A stretch of DNA of 64,000 nt from Nitrospira sp. (GTDB lineage Bacteria > Nitrospirota > Nitrospiria > Nitrospirales > Nitrospiraceae). This document shows positions 39,401 to 48,768 of this stretch, in pieces. How positions within the stretch are numbered: the first letter of the stretch is position 1; every line of letters begins with the position of its first letter. A program made the position numbers and the translations under genes. The notes under the pieces were generated by a model. That model searched no databases, was not told the origin of the DNA, and saw nothing but the letters and a program-made list of their open reading frames with translations. The DNA lies in the NCBI GenBank assembly GCA_047150005.1, contig AP038806.1, positions 3,488,001 through 3,552,000 on the forward strand, in the 5' to 3' direction.

Positions 39401-42400
39401 GGAACAGGCGATCGGATATTTCGCCAATACCGTCGTGTTGCGCCTGAATCTGGCCGACGTCGGCACCGTGCGCGATCTCTTGAGCCGCTCACGAAGCGTC
39501 GTGGCCGGAGCGTACGACCATCAAGACGTGCCGTTCGAGCGGGTTGTGGAAACACTGAATGCCCAAGGAGACGGATCTCCGGCCGTTCCCTTCAACGTCA
39601 TGATCGTCTGGGAAGACGATCCTTTGGCCGACCTGGCATTCCGTGATATTCGAGCCAGCCACCTGCCCGTCGAGGATGTCGCAGTCGAGTTCGACCTGAC
39701 CCTGCTCGTCTTGAACCGGCGGGAGGGGCTCGAACTCGTCATGTTGTACGACAAGGAGATTTTCGACGGCTCGACAATCGATCGGATGCTCGACCAGATC
39801 CTGGTGCTGGCGCAGACGATGGTCGCTCATCCGGCGATGCTCCTCGCTGACTTGCCGTTGATGGATGAAGCGGGACGCCGGCTGGTGTTGGAAGACTGGA
39901 ACGCCACAGGCGCCGAGCTTGCCTGCGAGGACACGATTCCGGACCTGCTGGCGCGCCAGGTCGAGGCGTCGCCCGACCACCCGGCCGTCGTGTGCGGAGA
40001 GACCCGCCTCTCCTATCGTGATTTGGACGTCCAATCTACGGCGCTGGCTCGGGTTATTTGCGGGGTGACGAAGGGAAACCCTGTGCGCGTGGGACTGTGT
40101 GTGGAGCGTTCCGTATACAGCCTTGTGGGACTCTTCAGTATCCTGAAAGCCGGCGCCGCGTATGTTCCGGTGGATCCCGGTGCTCCGGAACAGCGTCAAC
40201 GTCTGATCTTTGAAGACGCCGGGGTCAGCCTCGTGATCACGCAGCGGCATCTGCGGATGCAACTTCCCTTTGCCGATGACAAGGTCATCGAATTGGAGGG
40301 GCTGCAGGAGCCCGGCGCATCGACGAGGCCGACCGGGCCGTTGTCGCCCATACGGCCGGATCAGCTGGCCTACATCATTTATACCTCCGGTTCGACCGGT
40401 CGTCCCAAAGGGGTCGAGGTCACGCATCGCGCTCTGCAGCATTCCCTTGCGGCACGACTGCACTACTATGGAGCGGGGGCGGAACGATGCCTGTTGACCT
40501 TTCCTCTGGCGTTCGACGGATCAATGACGAGCATCTTCTGGTCCACGTTGTACGGCGGGACCTTGATCGTTCCCCCGGAAGACAGTGCGCGTGACGCCGA
40601 TCAGCTGGTGGCACTGATCGCGAGGCATGCGGTCACGCACATGGTGCTCATACCTTCGCTGTATGAAGTGATGTTGCGCCAGGGGTCGCCGTCGCTGTTG
40701 CAGACGTTGCGGGTCGTGGTCACAGCGGGGGAGAGTTTGCTTCCGGACGTAGTGCACCGTCACTACGAGCGTCTCCCGAACGTGTCGCTCTATAACGAAT
40801 ACGGCCCCACGGAGGCGACGGTGTGGACGACCGTGTACCAGACGAACGGCACGGAACAAGGCGTGCGGGTACCCATTGGAAGACCCATCGCCAATGCGAC
40901 GATCTACCTGCTGAATCCTTCCTTGCAACCCGTTCCGGTCGGCGTCGTCGGTGAACTGTATCTCGGAGGATCCGGCCTTGCCCGCGGATACCACAACCAG
41001 CCGGAGTTGACTCGGGAGAGGTTCGTAGACAATCCCTTCCGGCCCGGGACGCGTCTGTACAGGACCGGTGATCTCGGCCTCTTCCGGCAGGACGGCAACA
41101 TCGAATTCATCGGCCGGGAGGACGAGCAGGTCAAGCTTCGCGGGTATCGGATCGAATTGGGTGAGGTCGAGGCCAATCTGCGAACGCTGCCCGGTATCCA
41201 TGATGCCGTCGCGGTCGTGCAGGCGGCACCGGCGGCGGGGCCGATGCTGGTTGCGTTCGTGACCACTGATCACAAACCGGCTCCGGCGAGTTCCTATCTC
41301 CTGGGTCTCCTCCGGCGGAAGGTGCCCTCCTACATGGTACCGGCGGCGATCGTGGTGCTGGATGCGCTGCCATTGCTTCCCAGCGGAAAGGTCGACCGTA
41401 CCGCGCTACGACAGCGGATCGAGGCGACGCAGCCGACCGGCGCATCGCCGGCTCGGCCCCGCGATCAGATCGAACAAAGCCTCATTGAACTCTGGTCCGA
41501 GATCCTCGGCCGATCCGGTCAGGATGTTCACGAGAGTTTTTTCACCCTCGGCGGTCACTCGCTGCTGGCGAGCCAGGTGGTGTCCCGTGTTCGAGAGGTC
41601 TTCCGCGTGGAGCTTCCCATCAGGTCGCTGTTCGACGATCCCACCATCGCGGGTTTGGCCGACCGGATCAGAGCCGAGCAGAGCCGGGTCAACGCTCGAC
41701 CGCCGTTGCCGCCCATCATTCCGGTTTCACGGGCGAAACCGCTTCCGCTGTCCTATTCCCAACAACGGATGTGGTTTATTCAGCAGCTCGCGCCTGAAGC
41801 CACCGCCTACAATCTGCTGTTCGTCTCGCGGCAAAAAGGTTTGCTCAAGGTTCCGATATTGCGTCAGGTGGTCGATCTATTGTCCCGCCGCCATGAAGCG
41901 TTCCGAACCACGTTTGCCATGACCGCTGCCGGGCCGGTGCAGCGAATCGCTCCCTGGCAGTCTCCCCACCTGGTGGAAATCGACCTGCGTCGATTGTCGA
42001 AGGAGTTGCGCGAGCAGGAGGCGCGTCGAATCGCTCAGGAAGAGGGAAGACGCCCGTTCGACTTGGAGCGAGGACCGCTTGCCCGCATATCGGTGGCGAA
42101 GCTCGATCAGGACGACCATATCCTGATTCTCAATCTGCATCACATCGTCGGTGACCAATGGTCGTTCGGAATTCTCGGGCGGGACTTCGCCTCCTTCTAC
42201 AACGCGCTGAGCCAGGATCTCCCGCTGCCCGAAATGCCGCTGGCCGTGCAGTACGCGGACTATGCAGTGTGGCAACGCCGTTGTCTGACGGACGAGGTCC
42301 TCAAAGACCAGGAAGACTATTGGAAGCAGGCGCTGGCAGACCTGCCCACCGTCAATCTACCGACGGACTATCCGCGGCCGTCGATGCAGACGTTCCGCGG

Positions 42401-45400
42401 CGCCTATTGCTCGATAGACATTCCCGATTCGACGATCGAGACGCTTAAGAAGTTCGGCGCGCGAAACAGGGTCACGTCCTTTATGACCATGCTGGCCTGC
42501 TTCCAGCTGCTCTTGAGCCGCTATTCGGGCCAGACGGACATCGCGATCGGCTCGCCGATCGCGAACCGGACTCAAATGGCGATGGAGCAGTTGATCGGCA
42601 CCTTCGTCAACACGCTGGTCATCAGATTGGACCAGAGCGGTAATCCGCCGTTTGTCGAACTGGTCGAACGAGTCAAGGAGGCCTCGCTCGGCGCATTTAC
42701 CAACCAGGACTATCCGTTCGACCGCTTGGTCGATACGTTGCAAACGGCGCGGGATCCCAGCATGGCCCCGCTGATCCAGGTGTTGTTCAACATGGTGAAC
42801 GCGCCGATCGGGGACATCCAGCTCTACGGCCTCAAGTGGGAGCCGTTCGAAGTCGATCCGGGATCCGCCCAGTTCGACCTGAGTTTGACCGTCGAGCTCG
42901 AGGTGGCCAAGAAGGCGTACCTCACGTTCAATACCGACCTGTTCAAGCGGGAGACGGCGGTGCGTCTGCTGCGGCACTTCCTGACTCTCTTGCATGACGC
43001 CGTCGAGCGTCCGGACGCACACATTTCCGAGCTGTCCATGCTCGGCAAGCCCGAGCGGACGCAGTTGCTCATGGAGTGGAACAGAACGGCTGCTCCATAC
43101 CCTCATACACAGTGTTTACCCGAGATCTTCGAAGCGCAGGTCCAACGAACTCCTGATGCCGTCGCGGTGTCGATGGACGGCACCGGCCTGTCCTACCACG
43201 ATCTGAACGTCACGGCGAACCGGCTGGCCAGACAGTTGGTCCGTGCCGGAGTGCAACCCAAGACCATCGTCGGATTATGCCTGGATCGTTCCGTCGAGAT
43301 GGTGGCGGGTCTTCTGGCCATCATGAAGGCGGGCGGGTGTTACGTGCCCTTGGATCCGGACTATCCACGCGACAGGCTCCGGTTCATGATCGAGGATTCA
43401 AGCGCGCCGGTCGTCCTGACGACATCCGCACTCGCCGAACGATTTGTGGGTCAGCGCTGTCGCCCGATCTGTCTCGATAGGGAAGCCGCTGCCGTCCGAC
43501 ATGAGGCGGACGACAACCTGGCTCCCATGGCGACGGCTCAGGACTTGGCCTACGTGCTGTATACGTCCGGGTCCACTGGTCACCCCAAGGGCGTGCAGAT
43601 TCGACACGGCTCGTTGATGAATTTCCTGTGGGCGATGAAACGCCAACCCGGGTGTACCGCCGGCGATGTCATGCTGTCTGTCACGACTCTGTCGTTCGAT
43701 ATCGCGGCGCTCGAGCTCTATTTGCCGCTGTTGGTGGGAGGACGGGTTGAACTCGTGAGCCGGGCCGTGGCCATGGACGGCTGGCGCCTGATGCGGGCGC
43801 TCGAAACGGTTCAACCAACGATCATGCAGGCGACTCCCGCCACGTGGCGTCTCTTGCTCGAATCCGGTTGGTCCGGAAGTTCCGCTTTGACTGCACTCTG
43901 CGGAGGCGAGGCGCTTCCTCCCGATCTGGCGTCCCAGCTTCTCAAGCGAACCAAGGCATTGTGGAACATGTACGGTCCGACCGAAACCACCGTGTGGTCG
44001 ACGATGGAGCGGGTGACGCCGGACGAGGCCGAGATTACGATCGGCCGGCCGATCGCCAACACGGAAGTCTATGTGCTGGATGCGCGCCTGCATCCGGTGC
44101 CGATCGGTGTACCGGGAGAACTGTTCATTGGGGGAGCGGGGCTGGCACAGGGCTATCACCGACGACCCGATCTGACCCGAGACCGATTCATTCCGCATCC
44201 GTTTTCGAGCGACCCCGAAGCCAGGATGTATCGCACCGGCGATCTGGCTCGATACCGCGAAGACGGCAAACTGATCCACATGGGACGGTTGGATACCCAG
44301 GTCAAGGTCCGCGGCTTCCGGATCGAACTGGAGGAAATCCAATCGGTGTTGAGCCGCCATCCGAAGATCCGGCAGACAGTCATCACCACCCGGGCCGATC
44401 AGCACGGTCTTAACCAGCTTGCCGCTTATGTTGTGGCGGCGGACGGAGCCGTACCGGCTGCCGATGAACTGCGGGCCTATGCGCGGGCCTTCATGCCGGA
44501 ATACATGGTTCCGTCATATTTTGTCATGGTGGACAGGCTGCCGCTCACAGCCAACAACAAAATCGACGTCCGGGCATTGCCCGCACCCGAGACTTCCAGG
44601 GGTGCCGAAGGGGTCGCCCGCGTCGCTCCAAGAAACGGCATGGAACTGCAATTGACCGCCCTCTGGCAGCAGGTGCTGGGCGTGCAAGAGATCGGCATCC
44701 ACGACAACTTTTTCGATTTAGGCGGCCATTCGTTCAAGGCGGCTCAGCTGTTCTTCCAGCTGGAGGCCGTGTTCGGCAAGCAGTTGCCGCTCGCCACGCT
44801 GTTTCAAGCGCCGACCATCGCGGATCTCGCGGCGGTTCTCACTCAGGCTAATTGGACGCCTCCGTGGCAATCGTTGGTGGCCATTCAAGCCGATGGCGAC
44901 TCAACGCCGCTGTTCATGGTGCCCGGCGTCGGAGGAAACGTGCTGGTCTTTGCCAAGTTGGCCAAACTGTTGGGAGCCAATCAGCCGATTTATGGTCTTC
45001 AGGCGCGCGGCTTGGACGGCAAGGAAGCCCCATTCACCTCCGTGCCGGATATGGCGGCCCATTATGTCCAGGCGATCAAACAGATCCACCAGCAGGGACC
45101 GTTCCTGATCGCCGGGGTGTGTACGGGAGGGCTGATCGCCTATGAGATGGCTCGGCAGCTACGGGCAGAGAAAAAGGAGACCACGATCTTCATGCTCGAT
45201 ACCTGGCATCCCGACTCTTATACGAGCTATCGGCGACGGTTGGTCAATCCTGTTTTCATGGGCGCCGTCGTTCTGGGAAAGATCTGCTCGGACATCCGGG
45301 CGATCGTGCACCTTCCTCTTCGGGAATGGTGGCCCACCATGAGGCGAAAGGGACAGGTTTTGAAGGGCCTGATCGATCAATCCGTCACGGAGCACATTAT

Positions 45401-45728
45401 GGATCAGGATTTTCAGATCCAGCGTCTCACGAAGGCGACCTTGGTCGCCGTGTCACGATACTGCGTGGAACCGATGGACGGCTGCATCGTCAATGTCGTC
45501 GCGTCCAGGAACATTGTCCGGGAAGGCGTGGCCGATACCCGCCATGAGTGGCAGGATTTGGGAGGCAATCATAGCGGCCGCATCTACCTTCCGGCCGAAA
45601 ATTCCGGCCGCATGTTCGTGTCTCCCTACGTGGAGGAATTGGCCGTCCACATGCAACACCGCTTCAGAGACAATCCCGATGCAAGGCAGACAGGGGAACA
45701 GGCGGACGCCGTGGGGGAGTCCCTATGA
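36492..45728 (+). CDS. lipopeptide NRPS: FAAL-ACP-C-A-PCP-C-A-PCP-TE
   Basis: FAAL (YTSGSTTRP, WLPYFHDYGL, YGLAEATL, RTSSGKIQR), ACP (GLDSL), C1, A1 (YTSGSTGRPKG, NEYGPTE), PCP (GGHSL), C2, A2 (NMYGPTE), PCP (GGHSF), TE (GVCTG). Confidence 0.95.
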   Translation: MLMQVPSSILRLDELFLWRCGRDPQGTAYAYVRDDLELGEHYTYEQLAGQVGRLAMQLRRHAEPGARALLLFSPGLDVVCAFWASILAGLVPVPAPPPDPLRSKNSLPGLLAILEDASVSLILTTSGVEATLAHLSAEIGVALPPSITLDQLQGPLSSEQQDQTPHAEQGSSIVYLQYTSGSTTRPRGVMISHGNVLAQCHGLTVSMSVGAGSRSLCWLPYFHDYGLVHGIIGPFYAGIPAFLMSPVTFIRRPLRWLEAVGRWKISHSGAPNFAYEACVQAATKRPDWTAELGGWAVASCGAEPIRSSTIEQFCEVFAPHGFKQTALMPAYGLAEATLVVTSAHVDEAPLLLSVAADKLELNRVEPKAGHGDGIRTLVGCGRPLPDVQIRIVNPTTLVDCPPGEVGEVWVSGPNVSEGYWNRTELNDETFVSAGQDRYLRTGDLGFQHAGQLFVAGRLKDLIILNGRNLYPQDLELAVEGCHVGLRRGGCAAFTIEAERAEQLMIVQELERVRDLDIDAVAISIRTAIAEFCGAPVHAVVFVRSGAIPRTSSGKIQRRACRAAYLTRTLAIVASHTATDLSDPASEGEARPPALAEDDREAALIHAFADCAGIAPDQVRMDRPMVGYGLDSLKVTLFKHRLESDFGIDVTFGQLFGQCTLRDLARMDNARVSSSRQPPNEADSQLPALRPCNLSPGQRRLWFIEQVHPGGALNHIVLAMRLCGLLDRGRLQDSLTELVRRHRLLRAGYSVVADEVQEQVMTAVDVRMRHFSLADLPTRSTDDEVRRWIKEETLVPFDLRTPPLLRALLLDRGPDEHILVLTVHRLIADGWSLRVLMRELAAIYNADGEARGLPLPSEQGYRDYVETQREGTSPEGASQLNYWKRLLAHYPSALQIPTDRIRPRVRRYLGGARYRTPGKSILEEIEPFCRREGVTKFMLLYAAFAVWLQRCARADDIAVGSVVANRRLSGWEQAIGYFANTVVLRLNLADVGTVRDLLSRSRSVVAGAYDHQDVPFERVVETLNAQGDGSPAVPFNVMIVWEDDPLADLAFRDIRASHLPVEDVAVEFDLTLLVLNRREGLELVMLYDKEIFDGSTIDRMLDQILVLAQTMVAHPAMLLADLPLMDEAGRRLVLEDWNATGAELACEDTIPDLLARQVEASPDHPAVVCGETRLSYRDLDVQSTALARVICGVTKGNPVRVGLCVERSVYSLVGLFSILKAGAAYVPVDPGAPEQRQRLIFEDAGVSLVITQRHLRMQLPFADDKVIELEGLQEPGASTRPTGPLSPIRPDQLAYIIYTSGSTGRPKGVEVTHRALQHSLAARLHYYGAGAERCLLTFPLAFDGSMTSIFWSTLYGGTLIVPPEDSARDADQLVALIARHAVTHMVLIPSLYEVMLRQGSPSLLQTLRVVVTAGESLLPDVVHRHYERLPNVSLYNEYGPTEATVWTTVYQTNGTEQGVRVPIGRPIANATIYLLNPSLQPVPVGVVGELYLGGSGLARGYHNQPELTRERFVDNPFRPGTRLYRTGDLGLFRQDGNIEFIGREDEQVKLRGYRIELGEVEANLRTLPGIHDAVAVVQAAPAAGPMLVAFVTTDHKPAPASSYLLGLLRRKVPSYMVPAAIVVLDALPLLPSGKVDRTALRQRIEATQPTGASPARPRDQIEQSLIELWSEILGRSGQDVHESFFTLGGHSLLASQVVSRVREVFRVELPIRSLFDDPTIAGLADRIRAEQSRVNARPPLPPIIPVSRAKPLPLSYSQQRMWFIQQLAPEATAYNLLFVSRQKGLLKVPILRQVVDLLSRRHEAFRTTFAMTAAGPVQRIAPWQSPHLVEIDLRRLSKELREQEARRIAQEEGRRPFDLERGPLARISVAKLDQDDHILILNLHHIVGDQWSFGILGRDFASFYNALSQDLPLPEMPLAVQYADYAVWQRRCLTDEVLKDQEDYWKQALADLPTVNLPTDYPRPSMQTFRGAYCSIDIPDSTIETLKKFGARNRVTSFMTMLACFQLLLSRYSGQTDIAIGSPIANRTQMAMEQLIGTFVNTLVIRLDQSGNPPFVELVERVKEASLGAFTNQDYPFDRLVDTLQTARDPSMAPLIQVLFNMVNAPIGDIQLYGLKWEPFEVDPGSAQFDLSLTVELEVAKKAYLTFNTDLFKRETAVRLLRHFLTLLHDAVERPDAHISELSMLGKPERTQLLMEWNRTAAPYPHTQCLPEIFEAQVQRTPDAVAVSMDGTGLSYHDLNVTANRLARQLVRAGVQPKTIVGLCLDRSVEMVAGLLAIMKAGGCYVPLDPDYPRDRLRFMIEDSSAPVVLTTSALAERFVGQRCRPICLDREAAAVRHEADDNLAPMATAQDLAYVLYTSGSTGHPKGVQIRHGSLMNFLWAMKRQPGCTAGDVMLSVTTLSFDIAALELYLPLLVGGRVELVSRAVAMDGWRLMRALETVQPTIMQATPATWRLLLESGWSGSSALTALCGGEALPPDLASQLLKRTKALWNMYGPTETTVWSTMERVTPDEAEITIGRPIANTEVYVLDARLHPVPIGVPGELFIGGAGLAQGYHRRPDLTRDRFIPHPFSSDPEARMYRTGDLARYREDGKLIHMGRLDTQVKVRGFRIELEEIQSVLSRHPKIRQTVITTRADQHGLNQLAAYVVAADGAVPAADELRAYARAFMPEYMVPSYFVMVDRLPLTANNKIDVRALPAPETSRGAEGVARVAPRNGMELQLTALWQQVLGVQEIGIHDNFFDLGGHSFKAAQLFFQLEAVFGKQLPLATLFQAPTIADLAAVLTQANWTPPWQSLVAIQADGDSTPLFMVPGVGGNVLVFAKLAKLLGANQPIYGLQARGLDGKEAPFTSVPDMAAHYVQAIKQIHQQGPFLIAGVCTGGLIAYEMARQLRAEKKETTIFMLDTWHPDSYTSYRRRLVNPVFMGAVVLGKICSDIRAIVHLPLREWWPTMRRKGQVLKGLIDQSVTEHIMDQDFQIQRLTKATLVAVSRYCVEPMDGCIVNVVASRNIVREGVADTRHEWQDLGGNHSGRIYLPAENSGRMFVSPYVEELAVHMQHRFRDNPDARQTGEQADAVGESL

Positions 45729-47395
45729 CGTTGCATTTTCCCCGCTTCTTGTACTTTTTGGTGCAGCGGTCCAGATCTATTCTATTGACGATGGTGGGCG
45801 TCGGCGTGCTCTCCGGCTTGTGCAGCGCGGCCGTGCTGGCGCTGATCAACCGGGTCCTCCAGCACCGCCAAGACGAAGGCGCGCTTCTGGCGGTCGGCTT
45901 CATCGGCGTCGTCATGGGAAAGTTGCTCACGCAAATCGCCTCGCAGCTGATGTTGACCCGTTTTTCCCAGGACATGACGTTGGAGCTCTCCCTCAAGCTG
46001 TGCGACAAGATTCTGAAATCGCCGTTCCATCGCATTGAAGCGCAAGGTCCATCGAATATCCTGGTCACGCTCAGCGACGACGTCAGCATGCTGGCCTGGT
46101 CGATCCAATGCTTGCCGAATTTGGCGATGAACGGCGCGATCGTTGCCGGGTGCGGAATCTATCTCGCGTGGTTGTCCTTGCCGACGTTCCTCCTCGTCGT
46201 CACGGCCACCATGTTGGGTGCGTGGGGTTATCGTTGGCTGCATATGAGGGCGTTCGCGACGATCTATTCCTCCCGCGAGGCGCGCGCGCAACTTTTCCGG
46301 CAACTTCGCTCGCTGACAGAGGGCATCAAGGAGTTGATGATGCATCGCCGGCGCCGGAAGGAGTATCTTGATCTGGAGCTGTACGGAGCGGCTGATCGAT
46401 GCCGGGTCAGCAGTATCGAGGCGTCCCGACAGTACGCATTCGCCGAAGCCTGGTCCCAATTGGCGTTCTATGCGATGATCGGCGTGATTCTGTTCGTCTT
46501 TCCCCTCCTGTTTTCGCTGTCTCCTGAATCGCTGATCGGCTACGTGGTCGTGCTGCTTTATATGATGGCGCCGATCTGGGGCATCATCGGTGTGTTGCCG
46601 ACGCTGGAAAAAGGACAGGTCGCGTTCGACAATATTCAGAAACTCGGCGTCTCGCTCGACGAATGGGTCAAGCCGGACGTCGTTGATTCGGATGAGGAGC
46701 CGCATGCGAGTCCCGTCGTCGAACTGCGTGGAGTCGTCTTCACCTATGCGAGCGACGTCCGGCGAGAGCATTGTTTTTCGCTCGGGCCGATCGACATCGA
46801 GATCGAACCCGGGGAACTCGTCTTCGTCATCGGTGGAAACGGCAGCGGGAAATCAACCTTTGTCAAAGTCCTCTCCGGGCTGTATCCTCCCCAGCAAGGA
46901 GAGATTCGTCTCGGCGGGCGGGTCGTCACCGACGTCAATCGGGCCTGGTATCGTGAGCACTATTCCGTGGTGTTTTCGGATTTTTACCTGTTCGATAAGT
47001 TGCTCGGCCTCGATGAACCGTCGGTCGAAGCCGAGGCGCATTCGTATCTCACCCGGCTGCAGATCGACCACAAGGTCACCATCAGCGGGCGTACATTCTC
47101 GACGACCGAACTCTCGCAGGGACAACGCAAACGACTGGCGCTTGTGACCGCCTATCTGGAGAATCGGGCGATCTATATCTTCGACGAATGGGCGGCCGAT
47201 CAGGATCCTGAGTACAAAGAAGTCTTCTATCGGCAACTGTTGCCGGATCTGCGGGCCCGCGGCAAGAGCGTCGTCGTCATCACGCACGACGACCGGTATT
47301 TTTATCTGGGCGACCGGGTCGTCAAGTTGGAGGAAGGACGCATCGTCGACGCCAGCATGGCCGGATTGCCGGCTCGTCCGACCGTGAGATCATAA
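45725..47395 (+). CDS. cyclic-peptide export ABC transporter (SyrD/PvdE/YojI type)
   Basis: TM domain; GGNGSGKST, VFSDFYLF, LSQGQRKRLAL, FDEWAADQDP, ITHDDRYF; ATGA overlap with the NRPS. Confidence 0.93.
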   Translation: MTLHFPRFLYFLVQRSRSILLTMVGVGVLSGLCSAAVLALINRVLQHRQDEGALLAVGFIGVVMGKLLTQIASQLMLTRFSQDMTLELSLKLCDKILKSPFHRIEAQGPSNILVTLSDDVSMLAWSIQCLPNLAMNGAIVAGCGIYLAWLSLPTFLLVVTATMLGAWGYRWLHMRAFATIYSSREARAQLFRQLRSLTEGIKELMMHRRRRKEYLDLELYGAADRCRVSSIEASRQYAFAEAWSQLAFYAMIGVILFVFPLLFSLSPESLIGYVVVLLYMMAPIWGIIGVLPTLEKGQVAFDNIQKLGVSLDEWVKPDVVDSDEEPHASPVVELRGVVFTYASDVRREHCFSLGPIDIEIEPGELVFVIGGNGSGKSTFVKVLSGLYPPQQGEIRLGGRVVTDVNRAWYREHYSVVFSDFYLFDKLLGLDEPSVEAEAHSYLTRLQIDHKVTISGRTFSTTELSQGQRKRLALVTAYLENRAIYIFDEWAADQDPEYKEVFYRQLLPDLRARGKSVVVITHDDRYFYLGDRVVKLEEGRIVDASMAGLPARPTVRS

Positions 47396-47398
47396 GCC

Positions 47399-48181
47399 AT
47401 GAACGGGCACGTGCCGGTCCGTCCCCCGTCCATTCCCTTGACTCCCTCCCACCGTATCCTCGACACGCTGGAACCCAGCCTGCGGATCGAAGCGGACGGC
47501 ACCATTCATGTCTGGCAATGCAGTCTGGACGACGCCGACTCATGTCTTGATCGGTTCCACTCCTATCTCGACGCAGAAGAACGATTGCGCGCGTCGCGCT
47601 TTGTTCACGAAATGGACAGACGACGATATATCGCGGCTCATGGGTGTCTCCGAGCATTGCTCGCCCGATATGCCGGAAAGCCACCCGCCGCTTTGCCGCT
47701 TGGACGGAGTCGGGAAGGCAAGCCGATGTTGCTGCAAGGGTCCGGTTTCGCCGCCGTCTCTTTCAATATGTCCCATTCGCATGGCCGGATGTTTTTGGCG
47801 GTCGCGAAGCATCGGGAGGTGGGGGCGGATCTGGAGCTGGTGCGCGAGGATGTCGAGACGCTCAAGCTGGCCGAACGGTTCTACACGCGGGCGGAATATG
47901 CCGCCCTTACGGCGCAGCCGTCGGCGCAGCAGACACTCCGCTTCTTTCAGTATTGGGTGGCAAAAGAAGCGGTTCTGAAGGGGCAGGGGAGAGGTCTCCC
48001 TTCGTTGGGAGAGTGTGAAGTCGACTTCAGCGTCCGGGAACCGCAGACTGAGATCCGCATTCTTGCCGGCTCCAACATGGACAAAGGATGGCGTGTCCAG
48101 TGGCCGTTATGCGGACTTGGATGGACCGCCGCCGTCGCGTACCGTGGAACGGCGATCCTGCAAGGGATGCCGGAACGATAG
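47399..48181 (+). CDS. Sfp-type 4'-phosphopantetheinyl transferase
   Basis: GKP, FNMSHS, VGADLE, WVAKEAVLKGQG. Confidence 0.92.
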   Translation: MNGHVPVRPPSIPLTPSHRILDTLEPSLRIEADGTIHVWQCSLDDADSCLDRFHSYLDAEERLRASRFVHEMDRRRYIAAHGCLRALLARYAGKPPAALPLGRSREGKPMLLQGSGFAAVSFNMSHSHGRMFLAVAKHREVGADLELVREDVETLKLAERFYTRAEYAALTAQPSAQQTLRFFQYWVAKEAVLKGQGRGLPSLGECEVDFSVREPQTEIRILAGSNMDKGWRVQWPLCGLGWTAAVAYRGTAILQGMPER

Positions 48182-48200
48182 CGTCCTCACCTTCCATCGA

Positions 48201-48674
48201 CTATCCCGCGTTCCGCAACCCTCGAAAGAATTTCTGTAGCAGAGCTTGGCTTTCCGCTTCGAGGACGCGCCCCGTCACGGCCACATGGTGATTGAGACGG
48301 GGGTTACTGGTGAAATCAAGGACGGATCCGCAGGCGCCGGCCTTCGGATCACTGGCGCCGAAGACTACGCGCGGAATTCTGGCGAGGATGACGGCGCCGA
48401 GACACATCGGGCAGGGCTCGACCGTCACGTACAACGTCGTATCGAGCAGCCGCCAGGTCCCGGATAGTTTGGCGGCCTCCCGGATGGCAATCAGTTCGGC
48501 ATGTGCGGTCGGGTCTTGCCAGCTTTCGCGGAAGTTATGCGAGGAGGCGAGCACCTCCATCCCCTGCACCAGTACCGCGGCGATCGGAACTTCTCCGACC
48601 GCGGTCGCGCGTGCGGCAAGGGCCAGCGCCATCCTCATGAAATGCGCGTCTTGATCGACGGAGGAATCCGGCAT
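48201..48674 (-). CDS. tadA: tRNA adenosine(34) deaminase
   Basis: GEVPIAA, DPTAHAE, TVEPCPMC, DPKAGA, FFRGLR. Confidence 0.93.
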   Translation of the reverse strand: MPDSSVDQDAHFMRMALALAARATAVGEVPIAAVLVQGMEVLASSHNFRESWQDPTAHAELIAIREAAKLSGTWRLLDTTLYVTVEPCPMCLGAVILARIPRVVFGASDPKAGACGSVLDFTSNPRLNHHVAVTGRVLEAESQALLQKFFRGLRNAG

Positions 48675-48768
48675 GCGGTGTGTCCGGGTCACGTGCCTCA
48701 CGACAAGGCTTCTCACGAGCGGTTGTAGCGGGCTTCACAGGGAGCGTCAAGAGGAGGATAGGCGGGGA

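Noticed and set aside
36492..47395. Pyoverdine/siderophore cluster (PvdL-like start, PvdE-like exporter)
   Set aside because: Only two modules and a terminal TE; no hydroxylase, epimerase, TonB receptor or evident Fur box.
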